Shown here in pieces: positions 39,549-51,442 of a DNA stretch of 64,000 nt. The number at the start of each line of letters is the position of its first letter. The stretch's first letter is position 1. This DNA is from Antedon mediterranea. Taxonomy: Eukaryota; Animalia; Echinodermata. The stretch covers positions 7,264,441-7,328,440 of the forward strand of contig NC_092672.1 in the NCBI RefSeq assembly GCF_964355755.1, given 5' to 3'. The notes below the pieces were generated by a model. The model saw nothing but the letters and a program-made list of their open reading frames with translations. It was not told where the DNA came from and ran no database searches. The translations under genes were made by a program, and so were the position numbers.

Positions 39549-40751
39549 CTTACTGTGTGCAGAATGTTTTTTTGTAAATTAGGTTAATGAATGCAATTCC
39601 TACTGTAGCTAAAAGTAGGCCTACACAGTTCCTCAACTACAGTACCAGCCATATATGGGGGGGGGGGGGGGGAGAAATCCAGGATGAACTAAATTCACTT
39701 CCCTGTTGCAAATGCAAACAATGCAAAAAAGTGTAGACAATGTACACACTCAGAAAGCTTAAATTTGAATATTATTATGTTAAAAACCATTTTGGAGTCA
39801 TCATCATGTATCCAGTTTAAACACATTTAAAATAATTCCTATGAAAATGCAATCATTTTGTTAAGCTAGTCTAAAAAATGTAAAAGTAAAGATCTGTGCT
39901 AATTTGGAGTCGGCATAAAAAAAAAAATACAAAAAGAAAGTGCCTCTGGCCAGAGCTCTACATTCAGTATAGCATAGCCCAGGAATACATATCAATATGT
40001 CATAAGAAATTTATTACCAGCATAAGAATCATTTAAAAGGCAGTTTAAGAGGCTTTGTTTATTCTTGTCCATGATAACGTACAGTAAGTGTACTGAATAT
40101 TAATTGTGGATAGTTGATAGCTTAGGAGCTTCTAGGCAGTAATCGTGTCCAAATCACTCAAATTAAGCATTGGATTAAAAAAAAATATACAATATTGAAT
40201 ATAATTATGTTGAGAAATTCTAAGGTAAAAACTACCAAACTGTATTATATTTTTCTATGTAATGTACTGTATTACTTCAGTATTCTGCGAAATGAATACA
40301 TTATACACTTCAATATATAATTCCATCAAGAAAAGCGTATCAGTCACAAAAACTTTACTGTGACTCATTATGGTATACAAAATATATATGTTAATGAGTC
40401 AGAGTGAATCAGCGACTTTGTTATGCTAGGTATGACCCAATCAGGCATATTATTGGAGGATTAATATTTACAATCCCACAGTATTTAAAGTGTTTTGTTG
40501 ATACCAAACAATAACGACTACCACTACCGCCCTAAAGAATGATACATAAAAATATAATTAACAGAATATTACGGCAAAATAAAATTTTTCAGCACATTCT
40601 TTTTTTGTACATTATTGCATATTTACATATTTCTTTTTATAAAGAGAAAAAAAGGAGAAATTTTAGATGATGTTAATTAAAAATTATTTAGAAAATTTTG
40701 TTTAGCAAAATTGCTATCAAACTGATTTTTTAGTCAAGAAACATAGGTTTT

Positions 40752-40846
40752 GTATTGTATTTTTTGCTACACAATTGTAGAAATGTGTAGCAAAAAAGGT
40801 ATAGCTTTTTGCTATGCTACACTGGCGAAATTATTCCCTGCTATGG
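40752..40846 (+). mobile_element. MITE family C copy
   Basis: ttttttgctacacaattgtagaaatgtgtagcaaaaaaggtatagctttttgctatgctacactggcgaaattattccctgc. Confidence 0.5.
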
Positions 40847-41404
40847 TACCCTCACTTTTTAATGATTTAAAAGGCAGACATACAATACTTAACTATAAAA
40901 TCTATTTTTCCATTAGGTGCGGTTAATTCATCTGCACTGACATAGATAAAAAGCCTACTGTGCAGGATAGGAAATTTAAAAGCTAAGGGTACTGCATTGT
41001 GTGTTAAGATTTTTAAACGATCCTTTTTAAAAACTAACTTGAAATACTGTAAACCAGAGAAAATAATAGTTCCATGATGGTTCCGAAACGTCGATCTTCT
41101 TTGTCATTAAATTTTATTTTGAAGTTATATAGTAAACGTCTTTTAATCGTAAAATAAAACAGACAGGTAAAAATAAATGTAAAGATGTTTTGCCAATCAA
41201 ATACAGTAACTTTCCAGAATACTAACTGTACAGAATTGAAGGAATATACTCTATAATTAAATACAAAGTATTTAACTTAAATACAAAGTATTTAACTAAC
41301 TGTAGTACATACAGTAGTACCAAAGAAGAGTGAAATTAACTCTTATCTGGTACTACCTGTACACATGGAAACATTTTATTTTAAAATTTTGTTTAAGAAT
41401 GTTT

Positions 41405-41516
41405 TAGTTTTGTATAGTATTTTTTGCTACACAATTTTAGAAATGTGTACTGTAAGTAGCAATTAGGTTGTTTTGTACAGCTTTTTGCTATGCTACACTG
41501 GCCAAATTATTCCCTG
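41405..41516 (+). mobile_element. MITE family C copy
   Basis: Homologous to 40752-40846 with an internal insertion. Confidence 0.5.
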
Positions 41517-42760
41517 TACTACTACAACAACACAATGCTTCTATGGGTTTCTTGATTCTCGCTAGACTACATCCAAAATCTCCTTACCAACTTACAAAAA
41601 GAAAACATGTGGTTTGTTTTAAGTCGAAAGCAGGAACTTCCACACATCCTCTAGCCCTGGCTTTGTGTGGCCTACTCATGGCAACAAAAATCTATTTAGT
41701 TTTCCCAACAAAAAAACACTTCATTATTGAATAGTCAAATCTTGAATCTTTGGTCTTTTGTTTTGAACAATGTATTGCTAAGTATTTTTTAAACCATTTT
41801 TTTTCTTTTTTTTGTGCTACTTATTGTGTCAACAGGATAATGATATGTAACTGTAATGTAGCATACACTACAGTATTATTATTTTCACATTTACACACAA
41901 CATTTAAAAAAAACATTAAAACAAAACAGTAAATTAAAACTTGATTATTAATATTAGAATGTGTATACATTTCAGTTTTAAAAATTTAAATAAATAACTT
42001 GATGATTTTCTTTAAATAAAAAAGACTAATTTGATTATATAAATTAGGAAATACATTTCACATAGTACAACAAGAGTACAACAAAAATGACTTAATAAAG
42101 TTGTCTATATTTTGTCTAAATACAGAAAGAGTTTTAATAAACTGAATAGTAGTAGTACAGTAGCATCAAGTAGAAACTATTTATTTAGTAAATGACTATT
42201 TTTGAATTTCATTTTCATAAAAGAATATAAAAATAAGTATTCTACAATAAAATTATTCCAAAAACTATAAATAATTATATGGAAGTATTTTATTTATTTC
42301 ATACTTGACATTGTATAGTACGTTGTCAATCAGCTTTTGTTTAAGCATCAACCAGCTGATTTTTAAAGGTCTCTTCAAAACACAATTATTTTCAAAAAGG
42401 TGACCATGTACTTTTAAAGGCCATATTTTGATCCATTTAATTCAATATAAAAACAGTAACTACAATTATTATTTAGATTACAGCTGTATTATAATTTTTT
42501 TTATCATACATCAGATACTAAACTTGCAGTTCTATTTTATAAAGATGCAAACAAAGAGAATTGTCGGCAATTCAGTCACCGTTTTGTTGGACGTCCACAC
42601 GTCACCAACTTTCAATTGATATATGAACATGTTAAAATAATATTCATTTAAACGTAATGTAATTAAAATGTATGTATATAAAGTAAAATTTTGTTCAATA
42701 TTCATCAAAAATTTATATATGAAGTTAAAATAAACAAAGTTGAAGGAACAAAGGACTTAC

Positions 42761-42963
42761 CATACAACACCAAACGCACCATAACCGATCGGTCTGTCGG
42801 GCTCGAAATCTGCCCGTGTTGTCGACGTTGATGATGGTGTTGTGGTCGACGAAATGCCATTTCTTTGCTGATAAAATGCTTGTGAAGCATTTAGAGCACT
42901 TTGTTCGTGTAGAATACCACGAAAGTTCACATTCTGTCTTACTCTGGAACCACAGACAGCCAT
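42761..42963 (-). CDS. NLK: NLK exon 1 (start codon at 42963): MAVCGSRVRQNVNF...TTRADFEPDRPIGYGAFGVV(W)
   Basis: ATG reading MAVCGSR (human MSLCGAR). Glycine loop GYGAFGVVW. Donor gtaagt at 42755-42760. Confidence 0.8.
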
Positions 42964-44279
42964 AGTTGAAGAACTATGAAGCTCGAATGTAAGGTCTTCT
43001 TTGAATCGACAAACGCCAACCAACAAGCCTTCGTCGGTAGCACCAGCAAATGCAGCAGGGATAGGCTAACCACTCTCAACGCACACACCCGAAATTTCGG
43101 AGCGAAATTATACGTTTTTCTCAACTTAATATCATAATTTGAGTCAACCACTGGTATGATTAAGACCAAGTAATGACTGTTGTTTCTTCTGGTGAGCTGT
43201 GGGTTCACAGACGGTAGAGATTTGTGGTCATGGAGTGAGCTGCACTTGTACTGACCACCTCCACTCTACCGATCAGCTGCCTGCTCGCGATCGACAATCT
43301 ACAAAAAGAACAAAAGATCGCCTGGACGCTTTAAATCATAATTATAGATGGCGCTATTAACAATTTGGAAATTATCATAATTAATACACAGCAGCATCAT
43401 CATAACTAGATTTTTATTTGTTTTAATTTATTTAATCGTCATTAATGCCATCATAATCTTCACTGTCATTATCACCCTCACGAATTTAACGCTTATAAAA
43501 ACACAAAATTCAAATAGTAAATCTAATCTAATCTTGCCATATTATTTTAAGTGTTGTTCTAGGGACACTCTTCCACCAAATTTCTTTTGAAAGACAATTT
43601 TTTTTTTTCAATTATACAAGGTTCTTTTCATTTCAAACAGGGCAATTCCTGTATTCGGCAATGAAATACTTGCACAGCTAACATCAGGAATTACCAACAC
43701 CAGGAGCATTCATACACAACCATCAGCTCCGACGCGTTAGATCATTCACCCTCCCCAAAGTCCGGACACAACGCACAAAAAACTTCATTACTTTCCACGG
43801 AGTTTTCAATGATTGGTGAATGATCAGAAACTGAGTTATGATAAGCAATTGTGAACCCCTTTTGGTTTGTGTTACTGGATGTACTATGATGGCCATTGAA
43901 AGACTGATTTGTGGACTATGATATATTTTAGTATTACTTGTTTGGACTGTGTTATACTATGTTTTTTTTTTATATATATTTATTATTATATTTATGTCAA
44001 CTTCATCACTGTTTACTTGATGCAATAAAGGAAATAAATAAATAAATAAATAAATACAACACATTCATTTTTTATACACAGTGTGATTGTTTTATGTAAA
44101 ATCGAATTGCAATATTACAACTGTCTATTAAAAATTATTAATAAATGTACATTAATTACCATATTCTTAATCTTTATCATTTTAAAATAACTAATATTCT
44201 GTATAATCACCAGGCAGTTTGGAATTTCTTTTAATACCTATAAACCTTTTTAAATGATAAATTGTTGTTGTTCCTGGCC

Positions 44280-44420
44280 TGGTGGCATTCCAATAAATAA
44301 GAACAATGTGGCATAATGGACTAGCATGTGAGAGGCATGGGTTCAAGAACTATCTGTGCCATATTGCTTGTACCCATATCCAAGATACTTTACTCTAATT
44401 GCCATGTCCTTCGTATGAGA
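44280..44420 (+). mobile_element. tRNA-derived SINE, second copy
   Basis: gggttcaag B-box-like. The tail ctgtgccatattgcttgtacccatatccaagatactttact is homologous to the reverse complement of 13735-13875. Confidence 0.45.
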
Positions 44421-46007
44421 TGTAAAGACGTTGGTATTGTGTATATACAATACAGATGTACCCAATAAAGAACTTGGTACACTATTCATGAGGGGATCAT
44501 CTCCCGATATGCTTATTATTTTGGTAGGCCATACACTGCTTCTGTGGGTCCGTAGAGTACCTTATATCTTCAATTTTAATAATAATACAGTTACATATTC
44601 AGTTCATACATCATCATAAGGTGCAGTAAGTCTAATGTTGTAGTTGTACCCCTCAGGTTCATCGTAATTTGATAAGCAAACCGACGGTAGACCTTCCCGC
44701 GTCTGGTCCGCTAAAAAGTTGTAGTGCCGTAGTTCACCTCTCAATCTATAGTGTGAATAAGTCAATTTCATCAATTACAACTATATATACTATATATAGT
44801 GCAAATAATGTGCTTTATTTGTTTTGCAAAACTAAATGTTAGAGTCACAAATTATTGGTATTTGCATCAAATCATGCCTAAAGGGTCTATCACAACCTCT
44901 CCGGTCTGGCTGTAGTTCAAATTCATGTCAAATTGCATGTACATCGTTTCGCCAACTATCAGTTGGCTTTCTCAAAGTGTAGTGACACGTATGTCACCGT
45001 TGACCTCTAGATGACAGGTAAATAATCGTTATTTACTATTACGGTTGAGATATAATTAACCAGAACAGGTGTGAAAGATGTTTAAAAGTGCCAGTAGGTA
45101 GAAAATATGTTTTTCTTAAATATATCACACACTAACTTACCTTTTATGGGTGACTGTCTCAAAATCATCTTGCAAACTTTTTATATTTGGAATATTTGCA
45201 GTTACCAAGCTACTACCTTTAAAATGTGTATACCTAACAGGGTGTCTAAAAAAAATTATTATATATAGATTAATATGCAGACTCAAAGGATAAAGGAAAA
45301 GAAAGATAGGGGGTCTCGGTGGTGTGTGAGTTAGGACATATTTTTTTCAAACTATTTTTTTATTGCATGATTTAAAAAAAAGAGGAATTTCTATAAATGG
45401 GCTATAGTACTACATAAAACCATAGAGGGTGCTATGAAAAATCTAAAAATATTGGTAAATAGGTGAAAAATGTGTTAGCAACACATTATATCAAACGCAT
45501 GAATGAATTATAAAAATGATACAGACCAATATTAGTTTTCTATTCTCTATCAATATATAGAGTAGTAGAAATTATAAATTTATACATTTTTTAGTTTTAG
45601 TTTTTAGTTGACTCAAAGTATCAGGAGACCGTACCGCCATTATCGGGAGAGTTGGGATGTCTGATTTCTAAAATATTAAAGTCAGTTAGGCTTGGGCAGC
45701 ATAACGTTTTTTAAAGGCATTATACATCAACAGAAATAAGTGCTGTATATTTACAATAACTTCAACAAACGTACAGAATTACAGGCCTTGTCTTTTGAAA
45801 ATTATAGGTGTGCTGCAAATTGCACTCCTCAATACATTCAGGGATGCTGTAGGTGTGCTGTTTGTACATTGGTGTGTAGAAGTTTGCCAAATTTAAGTGT
45901 GTTGTAAATTGCACACTCAAAGGGCAGTTTAGGCGTGTGTTAGGCGAGTGATCGCATTAGCTCGCCTTCAAAGACAAGGCCTGGAATTAATATGTAAAGA
46001 GATCTAC

Positions 46008-46187
46008 CTAGCATATGTATCCCAAAGCTTTCTTTGCATTCTTTGATCCCAAAGACACACCATGCCTTCCATACCACCACTTAGAACCTTCCAATCATCG
46101 GCCTGCACCTGAGTGACAGCGCCCCCATGTCCAGATAAACTCATGACAGGACGATTGCTTTCTAGACGTAAATCAAACAGCCGGACT
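46008..46187 (-). CDS. F-box/WD40 gene exon 8: (R)VRLFDLRLESNRPVMSLSGHGGAVTQVQADDWKVLSGGMEGMVCLWDQRMQRKLWDTYA
   Basis: Acceptor ctattcaatag, donor gtagat. WD repeat motifs (SGH..., LWD). Confidence 0.55.
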
Positions 46188-46317
46188 CTATTGAATAGAA
46201 AATATTTAGCATACAGTCGATCTCCATCGAATAGGAAATATTTAGCATAATCTGGTTAAAGTAGATGTGACTTCTTATGCCAAATAGCATTCTACATTTT
46301 CTCTTATATCTCTTTAC

Positions 46318-46673
46318 CTCTTATCTTTACATCCCGTAACAAACATGCTCCTAAGAGGGTCATCACCATGAATACAAGTAACATTCCAAGTATGTCCTCG
46401 GAACACTTGCTTTATGTTTTTTGTCTCAACGTCAAAGAATTTAACTGAGAAGCTCTCTTGGAAGCCTGCGACACCAAACCCGCAGACAATATAATTGTTC
46501 ATGACCTCCATACAAGTCGGTATTCCTGAGCCTCCTACAAAGGCATGTACAAGGCTTAGATACCTAGGCCCTGGTGCAGGCTGATAAATGTATAGTCCTG
46601 TATTTGTTATTAACGCTACATTGGTGGCTTGCTGGTTTTGATCCAACATTGGAAAAAGTTTCATATCTTCAAT
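46318..46673 (-). CDS. F-box/WD40 gene exon 7: IEDMKLFPMLDQNQQATNVALITNTGLYIYQPAPGPRYLSLVHAFVGGSGIPTCMEVMNNYIVCGFGVAGFQESFSVKFFDVETKNIKQVFRGHTWNVTCIHGDDPLRSMFVTGCKDK
   Basis: Acceptor ttttttttgtacag, donor gtaaag. Long open frame with WD signature FRGHTWNVTC. Confidence 0.65.
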
Positions 46674-46779
46674 CTGTACAAAAAAAAAATAAAGAAGAAT
46701 TATAATTGAATGCCATATCATATCTTGTATACTGTGTAACATTTATTCATAAGAATGAAGATTATTTGATAAAGTAGAA

Positions 46780-47030
46780 TTGTAACTTGATGGTTAAGAT
46801 GTTTGCCTCCTGATTTTACGGTACTGGGTTCAAATCCTGCTGATCTCAGAATGTTGGTTTCAAGACTAGAATAATATACCAGAGCCCTGTAATACAGTCA
46901 TGGCTGTATGATTAGTCTATTTTAGTATGCATTCTAGTGTGTATTCTAGTCCAGATAAAAAATCTTGAGATCAGACAGGATCGAACCCAGGACCATACAA
47001 TCGGTAGCCAAGCCAATATATATGACAAAA
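46780..47030. repeat. Foldback element with inverted tRNA-like arms (ctgggttcaaatcctgctgatctcagaatg / rc ctgggttcgatcctgtctgatctcaagatt)
   Basis: Two inverted T-loop-like segments separated by ~70 bp, in an F-box gene intron. Confidence 0.45.
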
Positions 47031-47032
47031 AA

Positions 47033-47117
47033 ATGTGTTATATCACTTGGGCATATCACTACCATATTTGGGCACATCACACTTTTTTGTCAAACTAGTT
47101 TGATATGGCAGACGGAG
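47033..47117. mobile_element. MITE family A partial copy
   Basis: gggcacatcacacttttttgtcaaactagtttgatatggcagacggagc. Confidence 0.5.
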
Positions 47118-47145
47118 CTTTAACCACAGAATCACATCTACTTAC

Positions 47146-47339
47146 ATCAGTATCCAAAATGATAGAATCTTGCTTATACCAATTGCCTGAACCATTGGCA
47201 GTCTCAACTCGTAGTTCCCTCCCAGAGGTACTTGCAACTTGGGCAGCATCAGTTGCTATAGACGCACATCTAATACTATCTTGGTGATAACGATGGACAG
47301 GGTCACCACCATGCTCTGTGCTCCATATATTCATGTCAC
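47146..47339 (-). CDS. F-box/WD40 gene exon 6: (G)DMNIWSTEHGGDPVHRYHQDSIRCASIATDAAQVASTSGRELRVETANGSGNWYKQDSIILDTD
   Basis: Acceptor ctacttaag, donor gtaagt. Phase links exon 5 to exon 7. Confidence 0.6.
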
Positions 47340-48025
47340 CTTAAGTAGTTAAACGTTTCATTTGTTTGTATCATTGTTATGTAAAAATAATTGTCGGAGT
47401 AAAATTGTTGTGTAAAACACAAAAATGCAGTGTGACATTTACTAGCAGATTCTCAGTATTGTATCATATATAATTTGTGCAGTATCCAGGCAAATTCTAT
47501 AATACATTGTCACATATGCATCTCATGTGGTGGCTGTAAATAGGCTAAAAGACTAACCAACCTTAACCCAATACAGGTGTGACATTGTACAACAAAACTT
47601 GCCTATGATACTGAAGACATCATGTTATATATGTGAAAATACAGCACAGAGAATCGGCTGCTTTTACTATAACTAAACGTCCTTTTCAATACATGGCATC
47701 GTTCCCAGTGCTTTTCACTTTGCTGAGATCACTTCTTTAATAATAATAATAATAATACCAGCATATCTTTTAGACAACCATTACTTACACATTATAGTTC
47801 TATAAAATAATATTACTATATAATATAAATACATTTTTTTTTACATAAAGTACATGAGCACTCTTGAGTGGTATGTGCGCTATAAAAATCCTGTATTGGT
47901 GGTGGTGGTACATCATCTGTTAATGGATTACGAGACATGGCTGTATCAATACTTTATATCATTCTAAACATACAGTAATTAAACCCGGAGACATTTTAAT
48001 TTTGTTTTAGTGTTTATTTACTCAC

Positions 48026-48093
48026 CATTTGTGTATGTCGCAATGGAAACGATTGAATTCACAGCCACGTGATTGACCTCTGGCATATCACAA
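48026..48093 (-). CDS. F-box/WD40 gene exon 5 (short version): (G)CDMPEVNHVAVNSIVSIATYTN(G)
   Basis: Acceptor ccatgctttttag, donor gtgagt. This is the only arrangement compatible with the phases of exons 4 and 6. Confidence 0.45.
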
Positions 48094-48526
48094 CTAAAAA
48101 GCATGGTTTCATTTTCAACTTGACCATTTACTTTCCACAGCCTAACACTACCATTAGAATAACTAAGTATAAAACAATACAATGTTAATTAATGATTTAC
48201 AGTATTTATTCAAATAAATTCCTGACTTTGAATTAACACCCCCTCGCAAAAACGCCCCGCCACATGCAGTACATACACAATATTCTATCACAACACATTT
48301 CTATTTGTAGTAGAATTCATTGATTGATCTACAAATTTGATATCATTTTGATGCAATTTTTACAGTTTTTTTTATCCCTTTTCGATATTAATTTTTTTTT
48401 TTCATATCTAGGGGGTAGTTATTTGATGTTACAAATATATAAACGCCTCCCTCTCCCAGGACGTTTATTCAAATAATTTTGTATTATGGTGGTCCTTAAA
48501 ATTGATAATTGAAATTCTTCTCTTAC

Positions 48527-48615
48527 CCTGATATAACGGCATTGTCAGAAGAACTTGCCGTACATAGAACACCACCGGTAACATGCTCAAGTGCGGTCAC
48601 TCGACCGATACGACC
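48527..48615 (-). CDS. F-box/WD40 gene exon 4: GRIGRVTALEHVTGGVLCTASSSDNAVIS(G)
   Basis: Acceptor ttttgtgtag, donor gtaaga. Confidence 0.55.
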
Positions 48616-48973
48616 CTACACAAAATGTACAACGTGACTAATTTACTTTTAAACGGGCTATTGATGGATCAGTACTCTTGGTTAACTCCCTACTCTTCTG
48701 AAAGATGCACTGGGTTGTAGTGCACACAAGTGAGACATTTACACAGGATCTCTAGTTTTAAGTCCTTACCCGAAAAGACTTGTTTTATTTACTACTAGAA
48801 CCATGGTTAAAGACAGTCTTTGACCTGTGCCAATTTTAGGGCTATTGTTTGCAATGGCCCTGCCTTAAGTGCTCAACCATTTGACTCGCCTGTACTCTTA
48901 CCTTACTATTTTAACATTTACTTAAGCCTTAACTAGTATAGATATGCTCTCTTTAATAAATGCACACATTTAC

Positions 48974-49138
48974 CTTCCAATTGGCTAATAGCAAATCTTT
49001 CTGCATTAAGCCATCTCTGACTGCCTCTTTCCAATTTGGTTCATTATCAATACTGACCTCGTCTGAAAGACCTAGCGATTGATAAAAAGGAAACCATAGC
49101 AACTGGTCATTTGCCAAACTTCGCCAACTGGAGCTCAC
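48974..49138 (-). CDS. F-box/WD40 gene exon 3: VSSSWRSLANDQLLWFPFYQSLGLSDEVSIDNEPNWKEAVRDGLMQKDLLLANWK
   Basis: Acceptor gtgttctag, donor gtaaat. The C-terminal part of the F-box (..W..LA.D..LW) is as in FBXW proteins. Confidence 0.7.
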
Positions 49139-49312
49139 CTAGAACACAAAAAAACCTTGTTGAAAAAAAACCTATAGAACAAAGGTCCTTGTGTTTTTTT
49201 TAGCAGTAGCTGAATTCCGTTGCGGTTCGCGGGCTGTCTGTTGAGAACACCTACTTATGATAGAAATACAATGGAAATTGAAAACAAGCTCAAATCTGTA
49301 TGGTGTTCTTAC

Positions 49313-49417
49313 CTGTGCACAGTTACATAGGTCTTTCATGCTTAGATGCTTGAAAATCTTAACACCAATTTCACGTGGAATCTCTATATCAAAAAACGGT
49401 ATTTCATTTAATTCGTC
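49313..49417 (-). CDS. F-box/WD40 gene exon 2 (F-box core): DELNEIPFFDIEIPREIGVKIFKHLSMKDLCNCAQ
   Basis: Acceptor cattttttcag, donor gtaaga. F-box consensus LP.EI..KIF..L...DL..C..V. Confidence 0.75.
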
Positions 49418-49722
49418 CTGAAAAAATGATAATACATAGAAAGAATTATAGTAAGCATCAACTGAACAATACTATCATTAACCTCATACACATAAAAACA
49501 TTATGGGTTTGTCAACATAGTGTATGGATGTACTGTATTTGAAAAAGATGATGTTAACTGTGAAATATACACTAGTGGCCAGATTTAGACTTTTGATTTT
49601 TATTTAAATCACTTAGATTTGATCAGACATTGTTATGTTGATCTGCATCACAAAAAGGTTACCTCTGGTTAGAGGGAGTGTCTAATGCGGGGTCTCAATT
49701 GGAGTATACTGAATTTTCATAC

Positions 49723-50103
49723 CAAATCTGATATGAAAGTTTCAAGAAATCCGAGTGTCTTGTTTTTTTCTTCATCATCTTCATTGTTCATCTTTCTTCT
49801 CTTCCAAGCATTCTGATTTGTCAGTCTCTCACTTGTGCTAGCTTCATTCTGATTGGTCAGTCTCTCACTTGTGCTAGCTTCATTCTGATTGGTCACTCTC
49901 TTGCTTTCATTTCTATTCTGTAATCTTTTTCCTTCCAGTAAGGTTTCAACAATTGTAAATGGTGTGTAGTTCACTTGGGCATTTATATCAACTGTGTTCT
50001 TTGTGTTCTTAGGATCTGATTTGTGATCAGAGATTCCAGGTTCAGTCTTTTTTTCTTTCAGTTCTTTTTTCCAAGACACTCTAAACTTGTCTAAGTCATC
50101 CAT
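49723..50103 (-). CDS. F-box/WD40 gene exon 1 (start codon at 50103): MDDLDKFRVSWKKELKEKK...NEDDEEKNKTLGFLETFISDL; contains 12-aa tandem repeats RLTNQNEASTSE
   Basis: ATG-initiated open frame ending at donor gtatga. A 36-bp DNA tandem repeat lies at ~49800-49900. Confidence 0.6.
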
Positions 50104-51442
50104 CTTCCATTTTAAACATTTTTACCTTAAATAAAAAAAAAATTTTAAACTGATGATGAGCATGATATTACGTTAACTACGCCAATACATGTTTGCTTTG
50201 CGTCATGCGCAATTTGAACAACTTTACCCAACAAGTAGTTGATTCAAATCAGCGCAAATGTTATGATAAACCTACTTATCAGCATAGGCCTAGGTAGACA
50301 GATTTAATAAAATATAGGCCTACTAATCCATACCATATCAAAGAAAAGAATACAGATTTCAATTTTACCTCTGGACAAATCCATGAAATCGAACAGAAAA
50401 ATTAGTCCTAGCTAACCTAAAATCTAGCCGTGATCCAAGTGAGAGGTTATGAGCTAAATAGGCCTATGCTAGGCCTAGCTAGGTTAGAGTACCGGTAGTG
50501 GTACTAGCCGACTATATTCTCTAGGCGAGGGAGCTAGTACTAGTAGTAGGTTAAGGCTAGGCTAGGGCCAGGCCTAGAGGCCTAGTTTTATTTTAAACAA
50601 TGACCAACCTAGTCCTAACTAAAGATCTCTAGGCCCATGGCTAGCTTCTATTAGTTAGCTTAGCCTATGCCTAGTAAAGCTGAAATAAGTTAAGGGATCC
50701 AAGTTAAGTTTTAATAATATATAAATATACCCATCCTCTGAACAAAATAGAGACATTTTAATTGAGTTGATATTGAAAATAAAATAAACACACTTTGTTT
50801 ATGTTGTATAGCGCCATCTACGAATAATGTGATTAAAAACTTTTTAAGAATTAAGAGAGAATTATGCTCATATGCTCAAATAATTAATTAATTCCTCATT
50901 TACACTTATTATATGAAACAACTTGCATTATGAAGTGTAAAAATAAGTTTTTATTTATTTCTTTTCATCTTTGTATATCTTTGTATATATATTTTATTGT
51001 AATAAACTATTACATAGATTATTCTATATTTTATTGTTATCAATTATTTTTATTTTTCAAAACTCACTTTTTAACCGTTGCAATCTTATCTTTGCATGCT
51101 TAAGAAGTTATAAAAAAAGAACCATGCTGTCACGTGCGCTGTGTAGTGCGCGTATTTGATAGTTTCCAAGAGCTAGTAAAATATTGGTATTCAATTGGCT
51201 AGTTAGTGCGCTCACCGCGCTTACAATAGAACAGCGCAACCATTGTTACGTTATCAAATATTCGAATATATCTAACGACTATTCCAAATTTAAGTCAGAA
51301 TGAAAAATTCTTTCAATTGATGAACAGTGATTTCAAATTGCTCTTCATTAAAACGAAATAACACTGCTTTTACCGTGCAATTCAGTTTGGGAATACTATA
51401 CATCTATTTCCTATTGAATTTGCTATATTTACATCATCTGCT

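Noticed and set aside
42939-43208. 89-aa minus-strand ORF overlapping the NLK start region
   Set aside because: It overlaps the NLK exon 1 / 5'UTR in a different frame, and the conserved NLK N-terminus (MAVCGSR..) is in the other frame.
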